Shown: positions 29,052 to 37,854 of the stretch, piece after piece
How positions within the stretch are numbered: the stretch's first letter is position 1
Layout: each line of letters starts with the position of its first letter
From: Pseudomonadota bacterium
Lineage (GTDB): Bacteria > Pseudomonadota > Alphaproteobacteria > SHVP01
Assembly (NCBI GenBank): GCA_022566715.1
Contig: JADFIH010000002.1
Coordinates: forward strand, 1 to 58,519
Reading direction: 5' to 3'
DNA: 58,519 nucleotides
Translations under genes and position numbers: made by a program
The notes under the pieces: generated by a model
What the model saw: only the letters and a program-made list of their open reading frames with translations
Told to the model about the DNA's origin: nothing
Databases searched by the model: none

Positions 29052-31304
29052 TCAAGCAGCCGCCTCCCCCGACGTCGTTAGGGGGATGCGAATGCGGAAG
29101 GTGGTTCCATCGCCTACACCGGTATTCACCTCGATGCCGCCACCGTGCTGATCGATGATTTTCTTCACGAGCGGCAAGCCCAGTCCCACGCCGAAACCCT
29201 TCGTGCTGTAGAGCGGTTCGAAAATACGCGGCAGGACATCGTCGGGGATGCCTGGACCGTCATCGGCCACTTCCAGAATGAAATGGCCGTCCTCGACGCG
29301 CGTGCGAACCGCGATCTCGGCGTCCCGGCGTGCCCGGCCGGGGGATTCCTCTTGGGCCTGCAAGGCGTTGTCCAGAAGATTGACGATCACCTGGTGCAAT
29401 CTGTCCTGATCAATCCGCACCGTCGCGGCGCCGTCCGAAATCGCCAGGCGGAGCCTCGCGCCCTCGGAGGCCACGTAATCGCCGACCCATGCCGCAACGC
29501 ATTGATTCAAGTCGACGGTCTCGAGGCAAGGTTCCTGGTTGGCGGAGAAGTCGAGTAGTTCGGCGATAATTCGATCGCAGCGCGCGATGTTGCGGTCGAT
29601 GCGCCGGAGTGTGGTTTGCGCCTCCTCGCCGCCGTCTTGAAACCTCGAGCGCAGGCTGAAGACCGATGTGCGGATGGTGGCCAGGGGATTGCGGAGCTCG
29701 TGGGCCACGGTGGCGGTGAGTTGGCCCAAAGCGGCAAGCCGTTCCGCGTTGATGAGTTCATCTTGCGTTGCACGAAGTTCGGCGGTCCGTTCGGTGACTC
29801 GCCGTTCGAGGCTCTCGTTGAGCGATTCGAGTTCACGCTCGGCGCGTTTCCGCTCGGTGATGTCGATCGATATAGAGCCGATGCCTTGCGGCGTGCCATC
29901 GCTGCCCGGGATCGGGAAAATAGACAAGGCCCAGGTGTGTTTGATCCCCGGATCGGTTTCGACCTCGCCCTCGAGTTCGAGGTCCAGAAGCGGCTCCGCG
30001 GTTTCGAGGATTCGGCGAAACAACGGTTCGATCTTTGGCGCGAGATCGGGCGCGAGATCGCGGATGGGTTTTCCAATATGGTCTTCCGCCGGAATCCCGT
30101 TGGTCCGGGCGAGCGTTTCATTCACTTTCAGGTAACGGAAGTCGCGATCGAACATGACCAGCTCGGCGGGCGCCTCGGCAAAGAAGGCGTTCAGTCGGCT
30201 CTCGCTTTCGCACAACGCGGCCTCGGCCCGCTTTCTTTCCGTGATGTCGCGGGTGATGACGCCAACGCCGGTGCCGGCGGGAAACGCGGAAATGGCGCGG
30301 TAGGTAGCTTCTCCATCGCGCCGAGTGACCGCGATTTCGGCGTCATACCGGCCTCCCGTCCTCGCGATGTCCAGGTAGCGGGCGTATCTCTCCGTGCCCG
30401 CGAGGCTGGGCATGAGTTCGAGGAGGGGCCTGCCGACGGCTTCCTCCAACGGCCTGCCCAAGTGTTCAAGTGCCGGGGCATTGGCGCTCAAGAGCTTTAG
30501 GTCACGATCGAAGAGGGCGAAATCGTCGGTGGCCGCGTCTTGAAACAGGCGAAGTGTTTCCTCGCTTTCGCGCAGCGCGGCTTCCGCCTTCTTCCATTCA
30601 GTTATGTCGGCCGAACTAATACCAAGGCCGTCGCCCGCCTTGAAAACCCGCATAACGATTTGGCCATGCCGTCCGTTTCCAAAATCGACGCCAATCTCCA
30701 TCTCAAACGGTTCGCCCGTTTTAAGGACCTCGTGATACCTTTCCAGGCGGCCGGTGGCCGCGGCATTGGGAAAGACGTCGACCATGTTCCGGCCAATGAT
30801 GTCCCCTTTTTTCCAGCCACGCGATTCAAGGGTGATCGCGTTTATGTCGATCACGTTCAGGTCGGCGTCGTACAAAACGAAGTGCTCGGTCGCCGAGTCC
30901 ATGAACAATCGCCTGCGCTCCTCGCTTTCGCGCAGCGCCGCCAGCGATTGCTCAAGCTGGTTCGCGCAGCCACGCATCTTGCCGATGACGATCAAGAATC
31001 CAATGCTTATCGCGACTGTCGCGGCAATCGTGAGAAACCAGCGGTAATTGAGGTGCAACTCCATCATGATGGACATGGCGTCGGCTCGGGGGATGAAGCC
31101 GGGCAGAATCAACATCGTGAAGAGTTCGGCCGCGTAAAATGCCCCGGTCATACCAAGACCGAGGGCGACAGCGAAGAGTCCACCGGCGGCCCCCATGTCG
31201 GTCAGTGGTTTCCGGTATCTAAAGAAAATGTAGAGCGCGGTAATAACCACGCCCACGATCAGGACGTCGATCATGCTCATAATGCCGATCGAATTCGAGA
31301 TCAT
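29052..31304 (-). CDS. membrane sensor histidine kinase: ~4 N-terminal TM segments, four PAS-type modules, HisKA/HATPase core
   Basis: Hydrophobic N-terminus of about 110 aa. PAS modules are separated by ITEWKKAE / ITERKRAE linkers. H-box VAHELRNPLATI; DDGPGIP and GVGLGLP. Confidence 0.85.
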   Translation of the reverse strand: MISNSIGIMSMIDVLIVGVVITALYIFFRYRKPLTDMGAAGGLFAVALGLGMTGAFYAAELFTMLILPGFIPRADAMSIMMELHLNYRWFLTIAATVAISIGFLIVIGKMRGCANQLEQSLAALRESEERRRLFMDSATEHFVLYDADLNVIDINAITLESRGWKKGDIIGRNMVDVFPNAAATGRLERYHEVLKTGEPFEMEIGVDFGNGRHGQIVMRVFKAGDGLGISSADITEWKKAEAALRESEETLRLFQDAATDDFALFDRDLKLLSANAPALEHLGRPLEEAVGRPLLELMPSLAGTERYARYLDIARTGGRYDAEIAVTRRDGEATYRAISAFPAGTGVGVITRDITERKRAEAALCESESRLNAFFAEAPAELVMFDRDFRYLKVNETLARTNGIPAEDHIGKPIRDLAPDLAPKIEPLFRRILETAEPLLDLELEGEVETDPGIKHTWALSIFPIPGSDGTPQGIGSISIDITERKRAERELESLNESLERRVTERTAELRATQDELINAERLAALGQLTATVAHELRNPLATIRTSVFSLRSRFQDGGEEAQTTLRRIDRNIARCDRIIAELLDFSANQEPCLETVDLNQCVAAWVGDYVASEGARLRLAISDGAATVRIDQDRLHQVIVNLLDNALQAQEESPGRARRDAEIAVRTRVEDGHFILEVADDGPGIPDDVLPRIFEPLYSTKGFGVGLGLPLVKKIIDQHGGGIEVNTGVGDGTTFRIRIPLTTSGEAAA

Positions 31305-31602
31305 GGCCTAGCCCACTTTGGATTGGTGGTGGACGGAGTGAATCCGCGCACGAGGGCCACCGATTCCCCACACACGGTGATAAGGGGCCGGGCTTGCGAA
31401 TTCGTTAAATGGGAGCATGGCGGGTGGCCGCACCCCGGTCCGTCGGGTAACCTTGGCCAGACTCGTTTTAAGACTCGTGTTAAGCCGCGTTTTCAGGCGC
31501 GTCTAATGACGCCGCGAGAAAGTCCGATGCACGTAAGGCGGGTTGAGTGTGCCCGTGCGGCGCGTGCGTATAAACCGGATAGCCAGGGGAGTCACCAAGG
31601 CC

Positions 31603-32421
31603 ATGCCCTACAAGGACATAAAATACGGCGTCCGCGCGGGGGTCGCCACCATCACCATCAACCGGCCGGAGGTTCACAACGCTTTCCGCGGGCAAACCTG
31701 CGAGGAACTGATCGACGCCTTCAATCGCGCCGCCTGGAACGAAGACATCGGCGTCATCGTCCTGACCGGCGCCGGGGAGAGGGCGTTTTGCTCCGGCGGG
31801 GACCAGAAGGTCCATGACGGCTCCTACGGCGGACGCGGCATCATCGGCCTGCCGGTCGAGGAACTGCACACCATCATTCGCGATGCGCCGAAACCCGTGA
31901 TCGCCAAGGTGCGCGGCTGGTGCATCGGCGGGGGCAACGTGCTGGCGACCATCTGCGATCTGACGATCGCCGCCGAGGACGCCATTTTCGGGCAGGTCGG
32001 CCCCGCCATGGGGTCCGCCGATCCGGGATACGGGGCGCTGCTTCTTTCGAACATCGTGGGCGAGAAACGCGCCAAGGAAATCTGGTTTTTGTGCCGACGC
32101 TATTCCGCCCACGAGGCGCTCGAGATGGGGCTGGTCAACACCGTCGTCCCGGCGGCCAGGCTCGATGCCGAAGTGCGCCGCTGGTGCGCCGAGATCCTCG
32201 ACAAAAGCCCGACGGCGATCGCCATTCTCAAGCGCGCCTTCAACGCCGGCACCGAGCACATGCGCGGCATCGGCAACCAGGGCGCCCAGGCGGTCTCTCT
32301 CTACTACCAGACCGAGGAATCGAAAGAAGGCGTGCGCGCCCTCAAGGAAAAGCGCAAACCCGATTTCCGAAAGGCGAGGGGAATGGCGAAGGCCGGGCGG
32401 CCCCCGCGTAAGCGCCGCTAG
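31603..32421 (+). CDS. crotonase-superfamily enzyme of the MenB/BadI subfamily (1,4-dihydroxy-2-naphthoyl-CoA synthase / 2-ketocyclohexanecarboxyl-CoA hydrolase-like)
   Basis: ITINRPEVHNAF...VLTGAGERAFCSGGDQKV...GGGNVLATICDLTIAAEDAIFGQVGP...REIWFLCRRYSA...GLVNTVVP closely follows the MenB/BadI pattern. The short N-terminus looks BadI-like from memory. The stop codon lies in the first bases of the mosaic repeat. Confidence 0.8.
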   Translation: MPYKDIKYGVRAGVATITINRPEVHNAFRGQTCEELIDAFNRAAWNEDIGVIVLTGAGERAFCSGGDQKVHDGSYGGRGIIGLPVEELHTIIRDAPKPVIAKVRGWCIGGGNVLATICDLTIAAEDAIFGQVGPAMGSADPGYGALLLSNIVGEKRAKEIWFLCRRYSAHEALEMGLVNTVVPAARLDAEVRRWCAEILDKSPTAIAILKRAFNAGTEHMRGIGNQGAQAVSLYYQTEESKEGVRALKEKRKPDFRKARGMAKAGRPPRKRR

Positions 32422-32587
32422 AGTGGTTCCGACTTGGTCGGAACCACTCTAGCTTTTTGTCGCTCACGGCTGCGGACCGGCCAATCTCGGTCAAATTAAG
32501 GATGTCCGCGCCTGCGCGAGCGCGCCGGATAACCGGCGGGCCGCCTTGCGGCCTAGAGCGATTCTAGACGAACTGGAATCGCTATAA
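32418..32587 (+). repeat. mosaic intergenic repeat, copy 1 (hairpin A, spacer, conserved GC core, hairpin D)
   Basis: Hairpin A ctagagtggttccgac-ttg-gtcggaaccactctag is a perfect 16-bp stem. The core is gcgcctgcgcgagcgcgccggataaccggcgggccgcc. The second hairpin is tagagcgattc...gaatcgctata. Confidence 0.85.
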
Positions 32588-32622
32588 GGTGAGGCAATGG
32601 CGGCAAGGGCCGGACGCGCCGG

Positions 32623-35529
32623 TTATTTGGCGGCGGCGATGATCCCGGCGGCCTCGTAGCCCGTTCCCGTCACGGTGAAATTCCCGGCGAGTTCGGCGGC
32701 CGCGTCGCCGCCGCCGGAGACGAATCCGCCCGTGATGGACGCCGTGCGCCCGGCCTGGTCCCCGGAGCCGGTCAGGTTAGCGGAGTTGTTGAAGACCGCC
32801 AGACCGCTCCCCCCGGCTGAAAACGTCAAACCGGTCCCGGAGAAGCCTCCTCCATCGAAACTCGTGATGCTTGTGGTCGAGGCGGCGGGATTGCTGAAGT
32901 CGACCGTCATCGAGAGTGCGCCCACGGCGTGATAAATGCTGCCGCCGTTGTTGACCGTGCCGGCGATGTGTCCGGCGTAGGTGGCCGTGCCCGTCACGCC
33001 GGTGATCGTGGTGTAGTCGGACATTTGGCCCGCCACCCAAAAGGCGAGATGTACACGCTCGACGCTGTTTGCCGTGTTCAGCTGCCCGCCCCAATAGCCC
33101 CACACCAGGTACTGGCAGTCGCATTCGCCGGCGCTCGGCGATCCGCCGCTGGCCTCGGCGCTAAGCATGTACAAACTCTCGCCCACGGCGACCGTCCCGC
33201 CCACCCAGGAGCTAATCATCGCACGGTCCACGGCGCCGAAGTGTTCGTCGTCGATGAAGGCGCTGTTCCCGCTCGTACTGCTTCCGTCTCCGAAGGCCCC
33301 GAAATCGTCGTCCCCGAATCTATAAACGTATGCGACCGCGCCATTTACCGACCTGAGGTTGAATTCGGCCTTAACCTTGTTGGTTTCGGCGCTCGTCTCG
33401 ATACTGATGTCGCCCGGACCGGAACTATTGTTGACAAGGAAATCGGTGGTCAGTGAACCGCTAACGTCCTTCTCGACCAGGCCCGCCGCGAACCCGTTCA
33501 TTCCCGTGGACGTGCTGGCCGTTCGTGTCGTGCGCGTCCCGAGCGTGTCCGACGCAACGTCCGCCACTGCGTTCGGGCGGAACGTAACGGTGCCCACGCT
33601 CGTCACGTCCGTAACCGTGGTCCCGGACGTGGCCTGCAACACGAAGTGGTCCGGCTGATCGCCGCCGAAGAAGGAGGCGTCGTTTGCGTCGCGCGCGGTG
33701 TCGAAAGCGCCGCTCAACGTGTGGAGAACGTTTGATCCCCCGACCCGCGTGGAGCCACGCACCTTGCCGGCAAGATATTCTCCGCCCGCCGACGTCTTGA
33801 CTTCGCCGATGAAAATACTGACGACTGATTCGAGGTTCGTGCCGCTCTTACCCATGACGACCGCGCCGAAGGCCTGCTGCGCCGTGGTCGACTGGGAGTC
33901 GTCCCACATGATCGCCGCGTTGGTCTCGCTCGTTCCCCGCGTGGCGGCGCCGGCGCTGGCGTCGGGGATGAAGGGAAACAGCGACCCCATGATGAAATCG
34001 CCGGATAATTCGTAGAAGGTCGCGCCCGTCGTCGGGTAGGCCGTCGTAGGAACGCCGGCGAACGCCAAGACCCGGTGGCTGTCGGTCTGATCCGTCAGCT
34101 CATAGGTGACGAACTCCTGGTCGGCCCGGAGGACGCGCGTACCGCTCAGAGTGCTGGTACCGAAGGGATTGCTCGTCGAGGTCGCCGTGCCGTCGGTCGA
34201 ATCGATGTCGATCGTGAAGCGGCCGGTGCCCGCCGCCGTGTCGAACACGCCGTCGCTGATGGTGGCGCCCGAGAAACCGAGGTTGAGGCTCGTGGTGGCG
34301 TCGTCGCTGCCGGCCGCGGCGCTGGAACCGTGTTTGATGCGGCCCGAGAATTTCGCGCTCAGGGCGAAGCCCGCGGGCTCCGGATCGGGCTCCGGATCGG
34401 TGGTCGTCGTGTCGGTTGTCGTGGACTCGGTGATATTGGTGTCGTCGGCGATTTCCTCGATGCTCTCCGACGTCGCCGTATCTGCGAGCGCCACCTCGAA
34501 GGTGGAGTCGGTCTCGGGTGCGAGCGCCTCGGGCTCGCTGTCCGAGCCCAGCGCGGAGATGTCGCTGCTCGCCATATCCTCATCGGTGGGGACATCGTTG
34601 GCCGCGACATCGGTGCCGCCCGAATCGTCACCGGCGCCGCCGCCGTCATCGCCGTCCGTGGCCCCCTCGTCCGAGGCGCCGTCATCGCCGTCCGTGGCCC
34701 CCTCGTCGCCGGCGGTCTCGCTTTCGTCGCCTGCTTCGTCACCGCCGTCTTCGGCTCCACCCTCACCGTCGTCCCCAGAATCGTCCCCAGAATCGTCCTC
34801 GGACTCATCGTTCTCTTCGTTCGTGTTGTTGGCGGCCTGGGAGGTCTCGCCGCCGGACTCGTCCTCTTCCTCCGCGGGTTCGAGACCGCCCTCGAGCGCC
34901 GACAGGGCCGCATCCAAGTCCTCGCTGGTGACGGGTTGCGGGTCGGACGGCGGCGAGTCGGCGCTTTCCGTGGTGATGGAGAAGCCGGGACGCGTGACCC
35001 GTTTCTCGACGCCGCCGCTCTCCACGGTCATGGCGTCGCCGAAGAGGAAGGTGGCCCGTGTCGCCCCGTTCGGTTGAACGGTGATTAAAGCGATGCCGCC
35101 CCGGATGCCGATGGTGGATGTGGGCGTCTTCAGCGTGACCGGGGTTTTCTTGCTGATCTTGCCGCCGACGAGCCGGAACACGCCCTTGGTTGCGCTGAAC
35201 GCGATCTTGCCGGTCTGAGTGTCGGGATCGTAGACGAACTCGTCCAGCACGACGTCCGAATTAGGTCCGATCGTGAACGCGGACTCGTCGCGGAACAGCA
35301 TCTGGACCTGACCCTGGGCCGTGGTGACGATGCGCTCGTTGGCGACGACATCGACTCCCACGCGTAACTCGCGCCGCTGCTGCGCCGGCGCCTGGCCCGA
35401 CGCCTGCGGGTTGACCGCCGCCGTAACGCCGATGGTGTCTTCGGCGGCGCTGACCTGCGCGGCGAACGCCGATGCGCCGAGCATCAATGCGGCCGCGAAC
35501 GACGCGAACTTCCCGTGGGCCATGCCCAA
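32623..35529 (-). CDS. secreted multidomain protein: signal peptide, FecR-like domain, ~170-aa D/E/G/S-rich acidic region, Thr/Ser/Gly-rich middle, C-terminal TbpB-like (transferrin-binding-protein-B-type) beta-barrel
   Basis: Signal peptide FASFAAALMLGASAFAAQVSA. FecR-like stretch GQVQMLFRDESAFTIGPNSDVVLDEFVY...GVFRLVGGKI...IGIRGG. Acidic tract EEEDESGGE...DPEPDPEP. C-terminal motifs CDCQYLVWGYWGG, ATYAGHIAGTV, AELAGNFTV and YEAAGIIAAAK are typical of TbpB/HpuA-type barrels. Confidence 0.8.
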   Translation of the reverse strand: MGMAHGKFASFAAALMLGASAFAAQVSAAEDTIGVTAAVNPQASGQAPAQQRRELRVGVDVVANERIVTTAQGQVQMLFRDESAFTIGPNSDVVLDEFVYDPDTQTGKIAFSATKGVFRLVGGKISKKTPVTLKTPTSTIGIRGGIALITVQPNGATRATFLFGDAMTVESGGVEKRVTRPGFSITTESADSPPSDPQPVTSEDLDAALSALEGGLEPAEEEDESGGETSQAANNTNEENDESEDDSGDDSGDDGEGGAEDGGDEAGDESETAGDEGATDGDDGASDEGATDGDDGGGAGDDSGGTDVAANDVPTDEDMASSDISALGSDSEPEALAPETDSTFEVALADTATSESIEEIADDTNITESTTTDTTTTDPEPDPEPAGFALSAKFSGRIKHGSSAAAGSDDATTSLNLGFSGATISDGVFDTAAGTGRFTIDIDSTDGTATSTSNPFGTSTLSGTRVLRADQEFVTYELTDQTDSHRVLAFAGVPTTAYPTTGATFYELSGDFIMGSLFPFIPDASAGAATRGTSETNAAIMWDDSQSTTAQQAFGAVVMGKSGTNLESVVSIFIGEVKTSAGGEYLAGKVRGSTRVGGSNVLHTLSGAFDTARDANDASFFGGDQPDHFVLQATSGTTVTDVTSVGTVTFRPNAVADVASDTLGTRTTRTASTSTGMNGFAAGLVEKDVSGSLTTDFLVNNSSGPGDISIETSAETNKVKAEFNLRSVNGAVAYVYRFGDDDFGAFGDGSSTSGNSAFIDDEHFGAVDRAMISSWVGGTVAVGESLYMLSAEASGGSPSAGECDCQYLVWGYWGGQLNTANSVERVHLAFWVAGQMSDYTTITGVTGTATYAGHIAGTVNNGGSIYHAVGALSMTVDFSNPAASTTSITSFDGGGFSGTGLTFSAGGSGLAVFNNSANLTGSGDQAGRTASITGGFVSGGGDAAAELAGNFTVTGTGYEAAGIIAAAK

Positions 35530-35663
35530 ACCTCCCCAAACTCCCGAGCCAATTATGGGTGGACCAGCGTTAAGGGAAGATGGAAGTCACACGGGCCGGG
35601 GTGTGAAGTTAATTCGAGGTTAGGGTTAACGGTGGGAGGAACCGTGGCGCTGCGAAAGTGCGC

Positions 35664-35701
35664 GTGGATTTACGCGAAATGAGAAGTGGATTTACGTGAA
35701 A
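35664..35701. promoter_or_regulatory. two 16-bp direct repeats with 22-bp period upstream of the FecR-domain gene (candidate response-regulator site)
   Basis: gtggatttacgcgaaa (35664-35679) and gtggatttacgtgaaa (35686-35701) match at 15/16 positions. They lie ~135-170 nt upstream of the start at 35529, and the second overlaps the pncA stop. Confidence 0.35.
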
Positions 35702-36348
35702 ATAGATGAGGAGACCAAACGCACCCCGGCCTCGTTCATGGCGGTCATTGCGGCATTCAGGGACCCGCCCTGATCGAGTCCCCGGCAGGCGTCCTCGACC
35801 AGCACCACGTCGAATCCTTCCTTGCGTGCATCGATGGCCGAATAGCGGACGCAAAAATCGGTGGCGAGGCCGGCCACGAAAACGCGGGTTAGGCCCCGTG
35901 TCCTGAGGTAGCCGCTCAAACCCGTGGACGTCGTCCGGTCGTTTTCGAAGAACGCCGAATAGGAGTCGATGTCGCGCCGGAACCCCTTACGCACGACGAG
36001 CTGGGCGCCCGGAACGTCGAGATCGGAATGGAACTCGGCGCCGGGCGTCCCCTGGCGGCAGTGGTCGGGCCAGAGGGTCTGCGCGCCGTAGGGCATTTGG
36101 ACTTCATCGAAGGGCTTTTTCCCCTTATGCCGGGAGGCAAAGGACCGGTGGTCGGCGGGGTGCCAATCCTGCGTCAGGATCGCGTTCTCGAAACTTCGCG
36201 CCAACCGATTGACCACCGGCACGATGTCGTCGCCTTCGGGCACGGCAAGGGCGCCGCCGGCGCAGAAGTCCCGCTGCACGTCGATGATCATCAGGACGTC
36301 CGATTCGGTGGGCCGGATTTTGTCCGTCATATCGATGTGGCGTGTCAT
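35692..36348 (-). CDS. pncA: nicotinamidase/pyrazinamidase
   Basis: LMIIDVQRDFCAGGALAV, TQDWHPADH and GLATDFCVRYSAIDA (catalytic Cys context). 218 aa. Confidence 0.85.
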   Translation of the reverse strand: MTRHIDMTDKIRPTESDVLMIIDVQRDFCAGGALAVPEGDDIVPVVNRLARSFENAILTQDWHPADHRSFASRHKGKKPFDEVQMPYGAQTLWPDHCRQGTPGAEFHSDLDVPGAQLVVRKGFRRDIDSYSAFFENDRTTSTGLSGYLRTRGLTRVFVAGLATDFCVRYSAIDARKEGFDVVLVEDACRGLDQGGSLNAAMTAMNEAGVRLVSSSIFT

Positions 36349-36410
36349 ATCGTCGCGCTGGCCGCCATGTTAGCCGCCATGGTAGCTCATTGGTCGGGGC
36401 GGCGTTATCA

Positions 36411-36473
36411 TAGAGCGGATCAAGTTTGGCTGGAACCACGCGCGGTACAGCCCAAACTTGTGAATCCGCTCTA
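36411..36473. repeat. long hairpin element of the 'tagagcggatcaagtttgg' type
   Basis: The arms tagagcggatcaagtttgg / ccaaacttgtgaatccgctcta pair with a 3-nt bulge. A half-copy (cggatcaagtttggtccggaccacgacgcgg) occurs at 27279-27310. Confidence 0.7.
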
Positions 36474-36528
36474 CATCAATAAGTTAGAGCAAATCCTCCG
36501 GGTCGATGGATCGCCACCCGCGATTCCA

Positions 36529-37854
36529 ATGGGCAATTCCAATCGGCTCGGATTTGCTCTGGGCGTCCAGCCGCCACCCCGCCATCTCACCACCGGGCGT
36601 ATCACCGCATTGTCCACCAACCAGGTTCAAACGGCGCCGCGTACCCAGTGGGACCGCATCGCCCTCGTCATGCTCGTTGGGATCGTCGCGGCGTTCCATG
36701 TGGGCAAGGTGCCCTCGGCGTTGCCCGAAATCAGGCTCGACTTTGGAATCGGCATGGTTTCCGCGGGCTGGATTGTATCGGTCTATACAGGGACCGCGGT
36801 CGTTCTCGCGTTGGCCTCCGGCGTGCTCGCGGACCGGCTGGGACACCGAAATACACTCTTGGGCGGGCTGCTTCTGCTCGCCGCGGGGAGCGCGGCCGGA
36901 AGCGCGATGGACACGCAGCCCGCGCTGGTCGCCATGCGCATTGTCGAGGGCGTCGGTTTCGTCCTGATCGTCGTGTCCGCGCCGAGCCTCATCCTGCGGG
37001 CGGCGGCGCCGAGGGATCACAGCTTCAGCCTGGGGATTTGGGCCGCCTTCATGCCGATCGGGGTGACCGGCATGCTTCTCGTCGCCCCCTTCGTTTTGAC
37101 CCAGTTCGGATGGCGCGGTCTTTGGCAACTGAACGCCGCCATTCCCCTGGCGACCTTTGTTGTCGTCTTGGCGATGTTGCGCCAGCCAGCGCCGCCGGGC
37201 GCGCCGCGGTCCCCGGCGGGACGCATCTGGAGCGATCTCAGGCTCACCGTGGCGCGGCCGGGCCCGTGGGTGCTGTCCCTGTCGTTCGCCATGTTTGGCG
37301 CGCAGTTCGCGACCCTGACAAGCTGGCTGCCCACGTTCCTGATCGAGGTGCAGGGGCGGACCACGGCGCAAGCGGCGGGGATGACGGCCATGGTCGTCTC
37401 GCTGACGGCGGTGGGCGCGTTTGCCGGGGGATGGATTCTCGGACGTGGCGTGCCCCGGTGGGTCCTGCTCGCTATTTGCGGCCTCCTCACGGGGCCCCTG
37501 GGCCTCGGCACGTTTGCCGTGGGTCTGCCGGTGGGCCTGTCCTACGCCGCCGCCCTTGGCCTATCGCTGGTGGGCGGGTTCATACCCGCCGTGATTCTGG
37601 CCAGCGTGCCCGACCATGCCCCGAGCCTCGCCCAAATCGGCGCCACCAACGGTATCCTGCTGCACGGCGCCAATTTTGGACCGCTTTTGGGCCCGCCGGT
37701 ATTCGCGGCCGTTGTATCCGGTCTAGGAGGCTGGACGGCGGGCGGCGTCTTTTTGTTTATTTTAGGTTTGATATCGCTTTTCCTTGCCCTGGTGATCCGG
37801 CGTATCGAGCGGGGTATGGCGGCGCAACGCGGGGACAAATGGGAACCGCTTTAG
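36529..37854 (+). CDS. MFS transporter
   Basis: About 12 hydrophobic segments and the loop motif LADRLGHRNTLLGG (MFS motif A-like). The start is tentatively ATG 36529. The track ORF from 36028 runs antisense through pncA. Confidence 0.75.
   Translation: MGNSNRLGFALGVQPPPRHLTTGRITALSTNQVQTAPRTQWDRIALVMLVGIVAAFHVGKVPSALPEIRLDFGIGMVSAGWIVSVYTGTAVVLALASGVLADRLGHRNTLLGGLLLLAAGSAAGSAMDTQPALVAMRIVEGVGFVLIVVSAPSLILRAAAPRDHSFSLGIWAAFMPIGVTGMLLVAPFVLTQFGWRGLWQLNAAIPLATFVVVLAMLRQPAPPGAPRSPAGRIWSDLRLTVARPGPWVLSLSFAMFGAQFATLTSWLPTFLIEVQGRTTAQAAGMTAMVVSLTAVGAFAGGWILGRGVPRWVLLAICGLLTGPLGLGTFAVGLPVGLSYAAALGLSLVGGFIPAVILASVPDHAPSLAQIGATNGILLHGANFGPLLGPPVFAAVVSGLGGWTAGGVFLFILGLISLFLALVIRRIERGMAAQRGDKWEPL

Noticed and set aside
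37851-37854. Convergent MFS and desaturase genes share overlapping stop codons (TTAG).
   Set aside because: This is a real but trivial 4-nt overlap of convergent genes. There is no evidence of functional significance.
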